Part shown: one piece after another, positions 28,454-38,705 of the stretch
How the letters are laid out: each line of letters opens with the position of its first letter
Position numbering within the stretch: position 1 is the first letter of the stretch
Assembly (NCBI GenBank): GCA_030647555.1
Contig: JAUSJG010000007.1
Span: 106,181-170,180 of the forward strand
Reading direction: 5' to 3'
Length of the DNA: 64,000 nucleotides
Source: a bacterium
GTDB lineage: Bacteria; Patescibacteriota; Andersenbacteria; UBA10190; CAIZMI01
Notes under the pieces: model-generated
Told to the model about the DNA's origin: nothing
What the model saw: the letters and a program-made list of their open reading frames with translations, nothing else
Database searches by the model: none
Program-made: the position numbers and the translations under genes

Positions 28454-29497
28454 CGCCGAAAGCTCTTCTTCTTTTTCGCTTGGCAACAGATCTGTAATGA
28501 ACAACGAAATAATTGTTGCGATTGGTACGGCAAGCACCACGCCGACAATCCCGGCTAATTTGGCACCAACCAAGACGGCCAAAATTGTCGTGAGTGGATT
28601 CAAACCAACCGCGCGACGCATAATGTTTGGCACCAGCACATTTGATTCAATTTGCTGAATAATTAAAAACATCACAATCACAATTAAACCTACGAGCCAC
28701 GAATTTGTAAACCCGAGCAAAACCGCGGGTATCGCCGATATTGTAGGACCAATTACCGGAACAAACTCCGCGAAAAACGTTAATAAAGCGATAGCCAGCG
28801 CGTATGGAACACCCAGGGCCCACAAACTAATAAACACCATTATTCCCATAATCAAGCCTAAAACCATTTGCGCCAAAAGCCAGTGGCCGATTTTTTGTTG
28901 TGCTTTTTTAATTATTCTTACGGTATACGGACGATGCTCCAGTGGAACGACAGAACACACAAACGCGTATAAACTGTCCCGCGAAATCACCAGATAAAAA
29001 GAAATTACAAACGTCAGCAAGATCGAGAAAATACTGCCAAAAACAGTTTTCGTAGTTACAATAATTCCATTCGACGTTTGTCCGAGAAACTGACCGACAT
29101 CCAATAACCCTTTTTGGAGAGACGGAACAAAATCTGTCGCCCCAAACGCAACACCCGCCCGCCCAAGCATCGACATTAATTGTTCATAAATGGCCGGAAG
29201 ATTTTCGGTTAATGCCTGAATTTCAGCGATCAGCGGTGGGACAAGAATAGTAATCGTGATAACTATCAACGATACAAAAAAAGCATAGGCTGTCAATACC
29301 GAAATAGCCCGCGGAATTCGAAACCGCTGAAGTCGCGTGGCAAGAGGTTCCAGTGCCGACGCAATCAAAACCGCCACCAACAAAATAAGCAAAAGATCTC
29401 GAATAAACCACAAGAACCAAATCGTCAGTACAAAAAACAATAATCGAAAAAGCGTCTTTGCGGAAATATCGATTGTCATAAAATTTTGTGTGCTCAT
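28451..29497 (-). CDS. AI-2E family transporter (UPF0118)
   Basis: 8 TM topology and length typical; 4-nt overlap with upstream peptidase gene. Confidence 0.65.
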   Translation of the reverse strand: MSTQNFMTIDISAKTLFRLLFFVLTIWFLWFIRDLLLILLVAVLIASALEPLATRLQRFRIPRAISVLTAYAFFVSLIVITITILVPPLIAEIQALTENLPAIYEQLMSMLGRAGVAFGATDFVPSLQKGLLDVGQFLGQTSNGIIVTTKTVFGSIFSILLTFVISFYLVISRDSLYAFVCSVVPLEHRPYTVRIIKKAQQKIGHWLLAQMVLGLIMGIMVFISLWALGVPYALAIALLTFFAEFVPVIGPTISAIPAVLLGFTNSWLVGLIVIVMFLIIQQIESNVLVPNIMRRAVGLNPLTTILAVLVGAKLAGIVGVVLAVPIATIISLFITDLLPSEKEEELSA

Positions 29498-30783
29498 ACT
29501 TCTTTGGTTAGTAATTTATTTAACTCATTTTTTGTGTCGTTTGGCATAATGGCGGCAATACGCAGATATTCCGACGCGAGATATTTTTTAGCGACACGCT
29601 GAATATCGGCCGGTGTTACCGCGTCAAAACTCTTAAACACGTCTTCTAATGACAAAATACGTCCGGTCAGTGTCTCTTGTCCACCAACAAACTGCGCTAC
29701 CGCATTCGTCGACTCAAGACGAATTAAGAGGTGCCCCTTGATATTTTCTTTGGCTTTTTTAAGTTCAATGACACCAACCGGCACTTCGCGAATTTTTTTG
29801 TATTCTTTCAAAATAACCGACAGGGCTTTTTCAACATTGCTCGGATCAACACCAATTTGCGTCGCAACATAACCGGTATCGATAAAGTGTTCAGCCGCGG
29901 TATGCACGGAATACGCTAATCCACGCCTTTCTCGTACCTCAATAAAAAGACGGCTGGACATACTGCCCCCAAGAATTGTACCCAGCAAATCGACAGCACA
30001 ACGATCATTATCCGTTAAGGAGGTTCCACGTCCACCGACAATCACGTGTGCTTGATCCGTTTTCTTTACTTTCAAAGAAACCAAGTCTGTTCCCCAGACA
30101 CCATCAAACTCCCTGGTTTTTACCGGTGTTTGTTTTGGTAGCCCACTAAATTGCTTTTTCAGCATTGCCAAGGCTTTCCCTGGTTCAATATTTCCCGCGA
30201 TACAAACGACCATGTTCGGTGCGCCGTATTGTTGATTGCGATATTTCACAATGCGTTTTTTGGTAATCGTACTGATAATTTCTTTTGTTCCGATAATTTT
30301 CCTGGCCAAATCATGTTCTCCAAATAATTGCTGCTCAAATTGCTCCCCGATGGAATCCTGCGGTGAATCTTCATACATATTCATTTCTTCGATAACAACA
30401 CCCCGTTCGCGATCAATTTCTTTTTGCTGAAACAACGGATTGATCAACATATCACCAATAACATCCAATAATAATTTTGTATGCTTGGCGGATGCCTTGG
30501 CGTAAAATGCTGTCATCTCTTTCGAGGTAAAAGCATTAAACTCCCCACCCACTTCATCTAACGCTTCGGAAATAATCAGTGTTGTTGGTCTTTTTTTCGA
30601 ACCCTTAAAAAACAAGTGCTCAAGAAAATGTGAGACACCCGATTCCTCTGCGTCTTCATAACGCGAACCGGTAGCCACAAATGCCATCACCGTCACTGTT
30701 CCCGTCCCCTTCATTGGGAGAGCTAATAATCTTAATCCTGATGGTGCTACGGCACGATGAATGTCAAATAATGAATGGTTCAT
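29494..30783 (-). CDS. M16-family zinc peptidase (insulinase-like)
   Basis: Inverted zinc motif HFLEHLFFKGS (HxxEH) near N-terminus. Confidence 0.85.
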   Translation of the reverse strand: MNHSLFDIHRAVAPSGLRLLALPMKGTGTVTVMAFVATGSRYEDAEESGVSHFLEHLFFKGSKKRPTTLIISEALDEVGGEFNAFTSKEMTAFYAKASAKHTKLLLDVIGDMLINPLFQQKEIDRERGVVIEEMNMYEDSPQDSIGEQFEQQLFGEHDLARKIIGTKEIISTITKKRIVKYRNQQYGAPNMVVCIAGNIEPGKALAMLKKQFSGLPKQTPVKTREFDGVWGTDLVSLKVKKTDQAHVIVGGRGTSLTDNDRCAVDLLGTILGGSMSSRLFIEVRERRGLAYSVHTAAEHFIDTGYVATQIGVDPSNVEKALSVILKEYKKIREVPVGVIELKKAKENIKGHLLIRLESTNAVAQFVGGQETLTGRILSLEDVFKSFDAVTPADIQRVAKKYLASEYLRIAAIMPNDTKNELNKLLTKEV

Positions 30784-32156
30784 AGAGTTTCTGAAAATTG
30801 ATCAGTAAAAAAGGAGTTAAGCTCCGTAATCGATACGCGTTTTTGTTCCATCGAATCACGCTCTCTAACTGTGACAGATTGATCATTCAAGGAATCATGA
30901 TCGACGGTGATACAGAATGGAGTACCGATTTCGTCTTGGCGACGATAGCGTCTGCCAATGGATCCACTCTCATCAAACTGTACACGGAATGACCCCCGCA
31001 ACGCTGTGGCAATCTCCCTTGCTTTTTTTACAAGGTCATCATTGTTAGAAAGTAGTGGGAAAATGGCCACCTGAACCGGTGCCAATACTTTAGGCAAACG
31101 CAATACCAATCGTTGTTCTCCATCCTTATTTTCTTCACAGAGCGCGTTACTTAAAATCGCCAGTGTCACACGATCGGCACCAACCGACGTCTCAATAATC
31201 CATGGCAGATATTTTTCTTTGGTTTCTTCATCAAAGAAAGACAAGTCTTTGCCGGAAAATTCACTGTGGCGTTTCAAATCCCAATCACCACGATTATGAA
31301 TCCCTTCGATTTCTTTCCAGCCAAAGGGCATTTTATATTCGATATCAAAAGCAGCTTTAGCATAGTGCGCCAGTTCACCCTTGCCGTGTTCGTGAAAACG
31401 CAACATCTTTTCGTCAAACCCCAAACTCGCGTACCATTTCGACCGTTCAGTTTTCCAAAATTCAAACACTTTATCGGCGTCTGCCGGCTTAACAAAATAT
31501 TGCATTTCCATTTGTTCAAATTCCACCGTGCGGAAGGTGAAATTACCAGGCGTCACTTCATTGCGAAAAGCCTTACCAATTTGCGCAATACCAAATGGCA
31601 CCTTCAAGCGCATCGCATTGGCAACCAATTGCGCGTTAACGTAAATTCCTTGCGCCGTTTCCGGACGCAGATAAACAGTGCTTCCTTCGTTTTCAACAGC
31701 ACCCAAATTAGTAGTGAACATTAAATTGAACTGCCTTGGAGTGGTAAATTTGTTTTTTGCACCGCAACCGGGGCAACCTTTTGTGTTTACCGCCACCAAT
31801 ACGGCATCTGCATCATCTTTAATCGGCAAATATTTATCATCTCCTAAAAGATGATCTACACGAAAACGTTTGTGACACTGCTGGCATTCCACCAGCGGAT
31901 CCGTAAAATTACTCACGTGCCCGGAAGCTTCCCAAACTTTTGGATGCATCATGATGGCCGCGTCGAGCCCAACAATGTTATCAAAACCCTGCGTCATCGT
32001 CTTCCACCAATGGGCTTTTATATTATTCTTTAAGGCGACACCTAGAGGTCCATAATCGTAGGATGCCGCGGCGCCACCATAAATTTCGGAGGATTGAAAG
32101 ATGAAACCACGCCGTTTCGCGAGGGAAATAATTTGATCTAATGAAGTAGCGGGCAT
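30780..32156 (-). CDS. glyQS: Glycyl-tRNA synthetase, alpha2 dimeric type
   Basis: N-terminal LDQIISLAKRRGFIFQSSEIYGG and class II motifs; start ATG is the terminal triplet of the conserved leader element. Confidence 0.9.
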   Translation of the reverse strand: MPATSLDQIISLAKRRGFIFQSSEIYGGAAASYDYGPLGVALKNNIKAHWWKTMTQGFDNIVGLDAAIMMHPKVWEASGHVSNFTDPLVECQQCHKRFRVDHLLGDDKYLPIKDDADAVLVAVNTKGCPGCGAKNKFTTPRQFNLMFTTNLGAVENEGSTVYLRPETAQGIYVNAQLVANAMRLKVPFGIAQIGKAFRNEVTPGNFTFRTVEFEQMEMQYFVKPADADKVFEFWKTERSKWYASLGFDEKMLRFHEHGKGELAHYAKAAFDIEYKMPFGWKEIEGIHNRGDWDLKRHSEFSGKDLSFFDEETKEKYLPWIIETSVGADRVTLAILSNALCEENKDGEQRLVLRLPKVLAPVQVAIFPLLSNNDDLVKKAREIATALRGSFRVQFDESGSIGRRYRRQDEIGTPFCITVDHDSLNDQSVTVRERDSMEQKRVSITELNSFFTDQFSETL

Positions 32157-32297
32157 CCCAGTATATCAACTTTCAATTTGAACGAATTCGATTCGTTCAA
32201 AAATTACTCTTATCAAAGCTAAATTTTTTTCATTTTTCATGATGTTTATCGGCATAAAAGTGAGATCTAAAAATTGAAAGTTGTATTACTGGGCATG
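32154..32297 (-). promoter_or_regulatory. Conserved leader element copy 2 (upstream of glyQS)
   Basis: Same architecture; hairpin TTGAACGAATCGAATTCGTTCAA; C-G to T-A compensatory change between distal/proximal arms. Confidence 0.6.
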
Positions 32298-32367
32298 TAA
32301 CGTATAGTATGGATTTTTCTCTCTTTGGTCAAAGCGGAGTATTCAACATGTTTCACCAAAACAATTT

Positions 32368-32423
32368 GGGGCAATTCCAGCCGTCGCTAAAGCTATGGCC
32401 GGCAGGCATGAATTGCCCCTACA
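32368..32423. repeat. GTAGGGGCAATTC-bounded element, short variant
   Basis: GGGGCAATTCCAGCCGTCGCTAAAGCTATGGCCGGCAGGCATGAATTGCCCCTAC. Confidence 0.65.
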
Positions 32424-32491
32424 CGAACGGGGGATTGATGCCCCTAGCGAGGGGCATCAAAAAAACCGCTTGTCTTTTGGAGACTAAGCGG

Positions 32492-33166
32492 TTATACCTT
32501 CTCGGAAACGATCTCGCGCCGGTGGGCACCCAAAACAATTCTCGGACCAGCAGGTTCGACACCGTGCAGACCAAGTCCGGCTTCGACCAAGGCGGGAATG
32601 ATAATCTGTTCCGTAAGCGGACGCTGGATGCAACGAAACGGCTTTCCTGTAAGTGCGCTTTGCACCTCCGCCGCCTCATGATATGCGTAAAAATGCGCTG
32701 TGCTCGCTCCTGCCATTATCCAATGGGAAGCGCTATCCGAAGATTGTCTAGCCAGCCAGGCGGGTTCCAGGTGCAGTGCGGCAGAAACGATATGTTCGAC
32801 CATTCTGCTCAACACAGCCTCGGGGCTATTGTCAGCCACTTTTCTTCCACAGTGGAAAAGTGCGTCATCCAAATTTTCCCCAACTGCCACAAAGGCTTCG
32901 CAACTTTCACTTACACGAGACCATTCTACGACGCCATCCAGAACAACCAGTAAACCTTGCTCGTTCGTGGGTTTTACCTCCCTGATCACGCTTTGGACAA
33001 CCAAACAAGCAATCCGAACAAGCAGATTAGCAGCGACACCTGAATTACACTCGGTCGCTTTGTGCATTAGTGGTTCCAAAAGCGCTCGTGCTTCCGTACG
33101 CACTCGTTGGTCTAATTGACTGTCCCAATTGCGTCGCGACCTGGACAAAACTGGTGTTGAACTCAA
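32492..33166 (-). CDS. Hypothetical protein in GC-rich island
   Basis: TTG start preceded by GGGGGAAGGA SD; overlapping plus-strand ORF 32309-32953 lacks SD; local GC clearly elevated. Confidence 0.4.
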   Translation of the reverse strand: MSSTPVLSRSRRNWDSQLDQRVRTEARALLEPLMHKATECNSGVAANLLVRIACLVVQSVIREVKPTNEQGLLVVLDGVVEWSRVSESCEAFVAVGENLDDALFHCGRKVADNSPEAVLSRMVEHIVSAALHLEPAWLARQSSDSASHWIMAGASTAHFYAYHEAAEVQSALTGKPFRCIQRPLTEQIIIPALVEAGLGLHGVEPAGPRIVLGAHRREIVSEKV

Positions 33167-33285
33167 TTTCCTTCCCCCGTAAAAAAGAGCATCCGTTCAA
33201 ACAACAAGAAAATTCAGTAACTGAATAGTATACACATATTTAAGTTTGTGTCAAGCGACTTTATTAAATTTCTAATAATTTAAAT

Positions 33286-33798
33286 TTACTTCAGCCTGCC
33301 CGAACCACCGGCACGACGATACATTTCACTCATACCTCTCCTGGTATTCTCCAACTTTCTCCGCGCTTCCTTTACCTGTCTCTCGGAAGCCCCATTATTC
33401 TGCATTTTATCTATATGATCTTCCTGCTCTTTCGCAATTTTTGAGTAACTACTTCGCATCTGATGACGCAATTTGGCACCCCGTTGATGTTCAATATTAG
33501 AACTTCCTGCATTTCTGATACTTTCAATCGTTCCCCTCAATTTATCATCAATTTTCCTCATATGTTCGCTATCTAGTCGCATATCTCTTGTGCGACGGGC
33601 TACCTCATCCAACCCAGTATCTAACCGCTCCGCCTTTTTTATCGCACGCGGATTACTAGTTTCACTTTCTTGATCGTGACCAACGTTCTCTTTTCTACCA
33701 ACAAAAAGATCACCATCAGCCTTATTACGGTTAATTTCCTCCTCGGGATCATCCCCTTTCCCTTTATTACCACCAAAAATTAAATCAAATAATCCCAT
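33286..33798 (-). CDS. Hypothetical highly charged protein
   Basis: 170-aa ORF rich in R/K/E/D; no family recognised. Confidence 0.4.
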   Translation of the reverse strand: MGLFDLIFGGNKGKGDDPEEEINRNKADGDLFVGRKENVGHDQESETSNPRAIKKAERLDTGLDEVARRTRDMRLDSEHMRKIDDKLRGTIESIRNAGSSNIEHQRGAKLRHQMRSSYSKIAKEQEDHIDKMQNNGASERQVKEARRKLENTRRGMSEMYRRAGGSGRLK

Positions 33799-33839
33799 GC
33801 GTCTATTTTATACCCACTGATTATTAATGTGAAGTGGTG

Positions 33840-34982
33840 TTAAGCACTTACAATTATTTCCCGAATTTTCCGCATCATTTCAAGAAAAAACCAAAGATTA
33901 TTAATTGTCGCCAATTGCAACGCCATTGGCTCCGACGCCTGAAACAAATGACGCAAGTAAGAATGATTTACCCCTTCCAACTGCGAACAATAGGGATTTA
34001 TCGGACGAGTGTCGACAATAAATTGACTATTGCGAATATGAATCTTTCGATAAAGTTTTTCAGCATCAACCGGTTCATTTAGCGGTCGCAAAAGAATCTC
34101 GCGCAGATAATCGATATTCAAGTCCTGATAAAGCGTGCCATGCCTGGCATTGCGCGTCGGCAGAACACAATCAAACATATCCACCCCACGACGCACCGCT
34201 TCCACAATATTTTCCGGTTCGCCGACACCCATTAAGTACCGCGGTTTTTCCATATCCAAAAATGGCAACGTCACATCCAGTGTTTGGTACATTTCAACAG
34301 CTTCTTCACCAACAGAAAGCCCACCAATGGCATAACCGTCAAAACCGATACCCATTAAATCCTCCGCCGATTTTTTTCGCAGTGTTGCATCCGTTCCACC
34401 TTGAACAATCCCAAAAAGTAACGGCTGAACACCATCATTTTTCTTAAGACCGACAAAGCGATCCTTGGCCCGCTTTGCCCAGTCGGTTGTTCTGCGCATC
34501 GCCTGTTCAATCACCGCCTTCTCTCCCGGCAGAGCGCACACCTCATCCAGCACCATTGAGATATCGGATCCAAACTCAAATTGCGCGTCAACCACCGATT
34601 CCGGTGTTAACTTAATTTCCGCACCATCAACTATAGAACGGAATATAACACCTTCATCCGAAATAACTCTCTTGGCGGCCAAACTAAAGACCTGAAAACC
34701 GCCACTGTCGGTTAAAAAAGGTTTCTTCCAGCCAGTAAACTTATTTAGTCCGCCGTTTTTTTCAATCACATCCACACCGGGTCGCACCACCAAATGATAC
34801 GTATTCGACAACGCAATCTGGGCTCCCAATTGTTCTAAAGCCAAAAAAGACGCTACCCGCACAGCACCGCGAGTGGCAATAGGCATAAAAGCGGGTGTTT
34901 CAACCTTTCCGTGCGGTAGGTTTATCAAACCGGCGCGCAACAACGCACGTTTATTTTGGATGAGAAAACTTCTTTCCGTCAC
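33840..34982 (-). CDS. tgt: Queuine tRNA-ribosyltransferase (tRNA-guanine transglycosylase)
   Basis: Characteristic N-terminus (…VETPAFMPIATRGAV), zinc site CxCxxC...H near C-terminus. Confidence 0.88.
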   Translation of the reverse strand: MTERSFLIQNKRALLRAGLINLPHGKVETPAFMPIATRGAVRVASFLALEQLGAQIALSNTYHLVVRPGVDVIEKNGGLNKFTGWKKPFLTDSGGFQVFSLAAKRVISDEGVIFRSIVDGAEIKLTPESVVDAQFEFGSDISMVLDEVCALPGEKAVIEQAMRRTTDWAKRAKDRFVGLKKNDGVQPLLFGIVQGGTDATLRKKSAEDLMGIGFDGYAIGGLSVGEEAVEMYQTLDVTLPFLDMEKPRYLMGVGEPENIVEAVRRGVDMFDCVLPTRNARHGTLYQDLNIDYLREILLRPLNEPVDAEKLYRKIHIRNSQFIVDTRPINPYCSQLEGVNHSYLRHLFQASEPMALQLATINNLWFFLEMMRKIREIIVSA

Positions 34983-35079
34983 GGTATAACACTTTACCTC
35001 AATCGAATTCCACTTGTCGAATCAACACATTTGGGGTTGAAAAATAATCCATCATAAATCGAAACCATTGCCTACGAAG

Positions 35080-35245
35080 GGCTTGGTAATTAATAAACGC
35101 TCCATATTATGTCCAATCCATCTCCAAATACAACTGCTTCTCAATCAAAAACCTTTCAACGTACGTACAGTACGTTTCAAGTTTTTTTCAATCAAAGACA
35201 GCTGTCTTTGAAGCGCATTGAACATAATATTGGAGCGTTTATTAA
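35080..35245. repeat. MITE-like element with 33-bp near-perfect terminal inverted repeats GGCTTGGTAATTAATAAACGCTCCA(A)TATTATGT
   Basis: Arms at 35080-35112 and 35212-35245 differ by a single base; interior contains two short palindromes; no target-site duplication seen. Confidence 0.6.
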
Positions 35246-35255
35246 TTACCAAGCC

Positions 35256-35477
35256 CTATCGTGTAATAATCTTGTCACGAATATCCCAGAGTAAGAGAGT
35301 AACCGAAAAAATCATCGTGATTACGAAGAACTCTGTCAATCCACCAAAACCAACACCGAGCACCTCTGTCTGGTTGGTAAGACCTAATACAATACGAATC
35401 ATATAGCCCAAAACACCCAAACCCAACAGTAATTTAATTAATTGGTTTCTACGCAGATCTGTTGAAAATACTTTCAT
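35256..35477 (-). CDS. Possible small membrane protein (73 aa)
   Basis: Two hydrophobic helices; short, no SD. Confidence 0.3.
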   Translation of the reverse strand: MKVFSTDLRRNQLIKLLLGLGVLGYMIRIVLGLTNQTEVLGVGFGGLTEFFVITMIFSVTLLLWDIRDKIITR

Positions 35478-35513
35478 TTTTATATTTCACCTTCCTTTCT
35501 TTTTATGTTGATA

Positions 35514-37436
35514 TTATCTTACCACATCCGAAAGTGCTTCGTTGACTAGCTCCGTCGTCACTACTTCATTCACGGCATGCAAACGAGACGTGGAGAAGGA
35601 GTCCGTACCATCCAATGAACCACCCAAACACAACACCGGCTTTGATCCAACCTGATTTAAGGACGGTGTAACACCAACCTGAAAATCAAATTCGGGACCG
35701 GGCAACCCTGAACCGGAGCGCGCGGGAATGATGCCAATTAGCCACTTTATTTCTCGCGTTCTTTCATCATACGTAACATTGCCCGTTGTGGTGTATTTAT
35801 TATTTATCCAGCGAATACCTTCCGGCAAAGTAGTTCGATACACTCCGTCCGTAACATCCGATGATGTATTGGCAAGACGCACGCGAATTGTATAAATTGT
35901 TTCCGCACCAACCCGGGGTGGTTGCGGACCAACACCCGCGGGAAGACCCGTACGACCATCGTCATAATATCCCGCTAAATTAATTTTTAGCACACTATTA
36001 AGCATTATTTGGAAAACTCCGGATGAAATAATTTTTTCCCCGCCAATCGGAGTAGGGATATCGGGACTATCCGCGCTTGTTTGTGCCGTCACCGCAAAAT
36101 TCTTATCTGTTTCTTTGGTAAATGGCAAACTACTTATCGAAAGCACTCTAAAACGATAACTCATCTCCGCCGTTTCTCCGGCACGCAAGGTCTTTAAGGC
36201 AGGAACCGACGCGGCCGTCCAAGTAATACTATTCAAGCGACTATCATAAAAACCGCCTACCGATTCTACCGCCGTCGGATCCAATCCCACGCCGGAAAAA
36301 CTGGTTTTTACGATTAAATCTCGCAACCCGATATCGCCGGTGTTTTTCACTTGCACTTTCGCCTCTACGGTATCCGATGGATTCACTTTTAACGCGTCCA
36401 GTTGTTTGTTAAAAATTTGCGCCACGGTTAAAGCACGACGCGCGATGGCGGTTGTAGCCTGCACATCGTTTTGATACAGAAACGTGCCATCGGTTCCCAC
36501 AAAACCCAAAGTTGCCTTAAATGTTCGCACTACATCCGGATCACCTTGAATAGTGCCGTTAAACACAATCTCTCCCTGACTTTGTTGCGCAAGTTGCGGA
36601 AAATTCCACTCCAGATTACTGCCGGTAACCGGCGGGTTGGATTCCAATAATGTAAACCCGCTTGGCTCGGCCAAACTGATACGCACACCCAAAGCATCGG
36701 CTGTTTTTTTGTTCTGATAAATAATCTTAACTTTCATCCGTTCTCCGCTCGCTGCTTGAGGTGGCGCGATTAAACTGATTTGTACCAAACTTTCATCCAC
36801 CCCAACCGTCGCGAATTGTTTTTTTGTTTGTTTTATTTGCGGAGCATTTTCCGGCGTAAGCGTAATGTTGGCAATAAAATTCGCGGTAGTATTGGCTTTT
36901 CCAACAAGCCGTCCATCCAATAAAAACGAAGCCGACTCGCGTGGTGCCAGTCTTCCCACCCCCCATTTCAATGTTCCATCGGTTGTTTGAACTTTTGGAT
37001 CAGCTTTGTCCACAGCAAAACCTGCCGGTGCTTGAATTTCCAAAATCACGTTTTGCCAAATTACACCGCTATTATTTGTCACCTTGGCGGTCACTTTGGC
37101 ACTCTCGCCGGATGGAACGGATTCCGGACCCCCAATTACCAAACCGATAGAATTCTGATCCACAATATGGGCCTTGCGATAGGCCATTATCCCCCAAAAA
37201 GTTACACCCGCAACCAAAACTACTCCAATCACGATTCCAAGCACCAGATAGATCTTTTTTCGACGTTTACGTGCTTCCTCCTCTATGTTTGTAAGAATCG
37301 GCGGGACGGCATCCGAAAGCTGCGTGGTCGTTTCCTGCTCAACAATTTTTGGCAAAGCCTGTGAGAAACGTTCCTCACTATATCGATCCGCCCCAGGGGT
37401 CGACATCTTTGTTTTTAGGTCATCAAGAAAGGCCAT
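35514..37436 (-). CDS. Large membrane-anchored extracellular beta-rich protein (CARDB/DUF11-like repeats?)
   Basis: N-terminal charged region, single TM helix (IYLVLGIVIGVVLVAGVTFWGIMAY), long Thr/Val/Gly-rich ectodomain. Confidence 0.55.
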   Translation of the reverse strand: MAFLDDLKTKMSTPGADRYSEERFSQALPKIVEQETTTQLSDAVPPILTNIEEEARKRRKKIYLVLGIVIGVVLVAGVTFWGIMAYRKAHIVDQNSIGLVIGGPESVPSGESAKVTAKVTNNSGVIWQNVILEIQAPAGFAVDKADPKVQTTDGTLKWGVGRLAPRESASFLLDGRLVGKANTTANFIANITLTPENAPQIKQTKKQFATVGVDESLVQISLIAPPQAASGERMKVKIIYQNKKTADALGVRISLAEPSGFTLLESNPPVTGSNLEWNFPQLAQQSQGEIVFNGTIQGDPDVVRTFKATLGFVGTDGTFLYQNDVQATTAIARRALTVAQIFNKQLDALKVNPSDTVEAKVQVKNTGDIGLRDLIVKTSFSGVGLDPTAVESVGGFYDSRLNSITWTAASVPALKTLRAGETAEMSYRFRVLSISSLPFTKETDKNFAVTAQTSADSPDIPTPIGGEKIISSGVFQIMLNSVLKINLAGYYDDGRTGLPAGVGPQPPRVGAETIYTIRVRLANTSSDVTDGVYRTTLPEGIRWINNKYTTTGNVTYDERTREIKWLIGIIPARSGSGLPGPEFDFQVGVTPSLNQVGSKPVLCLGGSLDGTDSFSTSRLHAVNEVVTTELVNEALSDVVR

Positions 37437-37468
37437 GTGTTTGTTTGTTTTTATTCTAGCACAACCAA

Positions 37469-37500
37469 TAAAAAACAGCCCAAGCGTTGCGCTTGGGCTG
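37469..37500 (-). terminator. Rho-independent terminator of the 4-gene island operon
   Basis: On plus strand AAAAAA then CAGCCCAAGCG-TTGC-GCTTGGGCTG; on minus-strand RNA hairpin is followed by UUUUUU. Confidence 0.75.
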
Positions 37501-37619
37501 TAAGGTGCGACGATTCTTTCTTATGCGTTTGGCCCAAAATCGAGTTCGTCGCGTTCGTCCCACCATGGACCTGCTCTCAACTCGCGGTTTTTAAATAAGT
37601 GGTTTTCTCCGCTCTTTTT

Positions 37620-37955
37620 TCACTCTGGAAACTTAACACCAAAGGTCTGTTCAAGAAGTACTTTTGCTGTCTCCCTGAAAGCTGCCAAGTCGGAACCGTG
37701 AAAGTTGACCTTGTGATGACTTATTTGCGTTGGCCCTCTGGAGTGAGTTACCCAACCTTCCGAGTAGTAATCTCTTTCAGGGCCCTGAACCTCGATTCTC
37801 CACAACAATTCGTCGTGGTATTCAAGATTGCCTTGCCCATTAAGCGCTTCTTCCAGCTTCTCTGCTTCTGGAAAAATGGCTCCGATCAACGCTTGCAGAG
37901 TTTTTGCACTTACTTCATTACCAATGCTCTTAATCTGGATGATTGTGTTGTTCAT
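37620..37955 (-). CDS. Island gene D, hypothetical (111 aa)
   Basis: AAAGGAGA SD 7 nt upstream of ATG at 37955; GC-rich. Confidence 0.55.
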   Translation of the reverse strand: MNNTIIQIKSIGNEVSAKTLQALIGAIFPEAEKLEEALNGQGNLEYHDELLWRIEVQGPERDYYSEGWVTHSRGPTQISHHKVNFHGSDLAAFRETAKVLLEQTFGVKFPE

Positions 37956-38114
37956 GGTTATTCTCCTTTGTGTAGGTTTGAAAGAACACCTGTTTCGCTC
38001 TTTCGACTTGCCGGCCGTAGCCTTGGCAGAGGCTGGACTCATCAGCGAGGACACACATCCTCGAACAAGAAGGGAGTTTTTAGAGAACTCCCGAAACTCT
38101 TTCGACTTTTCGTT

Positions 38115-38606
38115 CTAGGCCTTGCGGGTCATTACGAACAACCACGTCGAGTATCTTTCGCAAAAGACCTGCCCTTCGCAACAGCACCTGTGCTCCAGTC
38201 TTCTGTAGGGTCGGTTCACGTAGAAGGTGGAGACACAGGACGTGCTTCCTCTCCTGATGAAGATTGGCCTCATTCCAACAAGGAATGTTTCCCCGTAGGC
38301 CACTTTATCTTTTATCAGGAGATACGGCGCCAATTCCCTTGGACACGATTCCAGCCCTGCCTGCACGGCTGCGGTAAGAATTTGGTCAATACTGGAATTG
38401 CTTTCAATTCCAAACTGACCAGGACGAAGCAGGAAGAGGTCTAGGGTGAGGTTTTCCGTGACGCCCCTCAACTTTGACACCATTTCATCTGCCTCTGGGG
38501 TGAGATCAACTCGATCTGAATAACTCCTCGAGTTCTCCATAAAGAAGCTGTCTCCGCACCACCCCACTCCCATGGTAATCGTTTGCCACACCTTGAACTC
38601 TGCCAT
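38115..38606 (-). CDS. Island gene C, hypothetical Cys-rich protein (163 aa)
   Basis: AAGGAGAG SD upstream of ATG at 38606; C-terminal HRCCCEGQVFCE cluster. Confidence 0.55.
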   Translation of the reverse strand: MAEFKVWQTITMGVGWCGDSFFMENSRSYSDRVDLTPEADEMVSKLRGVTENLTLDLFLLRPGQFGIESNSSIDQILTAAVQAGLESCPRELAPYLLIKDKVAYGETFLVGMRPIFIRRGSTSCVSTFYVNRPYRRLEHRCCCEGQVFCERYSTWLFVMTRKA

Positions 38607-38705
38607 CTGTACTCTCCTTTTTTCCACCATTCTTCGTTCCGGCTTACGACCTGTTCGTAAGCCGGAAGAAAAAGGGGAAGCTTTTACTTCCCCGATTGTC
38701 CGATG

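Noticed and set aside
32309-32953. 214-aa plus-strand ORF in the 32.4-33.2 kb GC-rich patch
   Set aside because: Overlaps the minus-strand ORF that has an SD-like GGGGGAAGGA and TTG start. No initiation signal for the plus ORF. Still uncertain, so the minus ORF has a modest confidence.
37599-38444. 281-aa plus-strand ORF overlapping island genes C and D
   Set aside because: Antisense to three SD-bearing co-oriented ORFs, no SD of its own. Its high GC only reflects the island composition.
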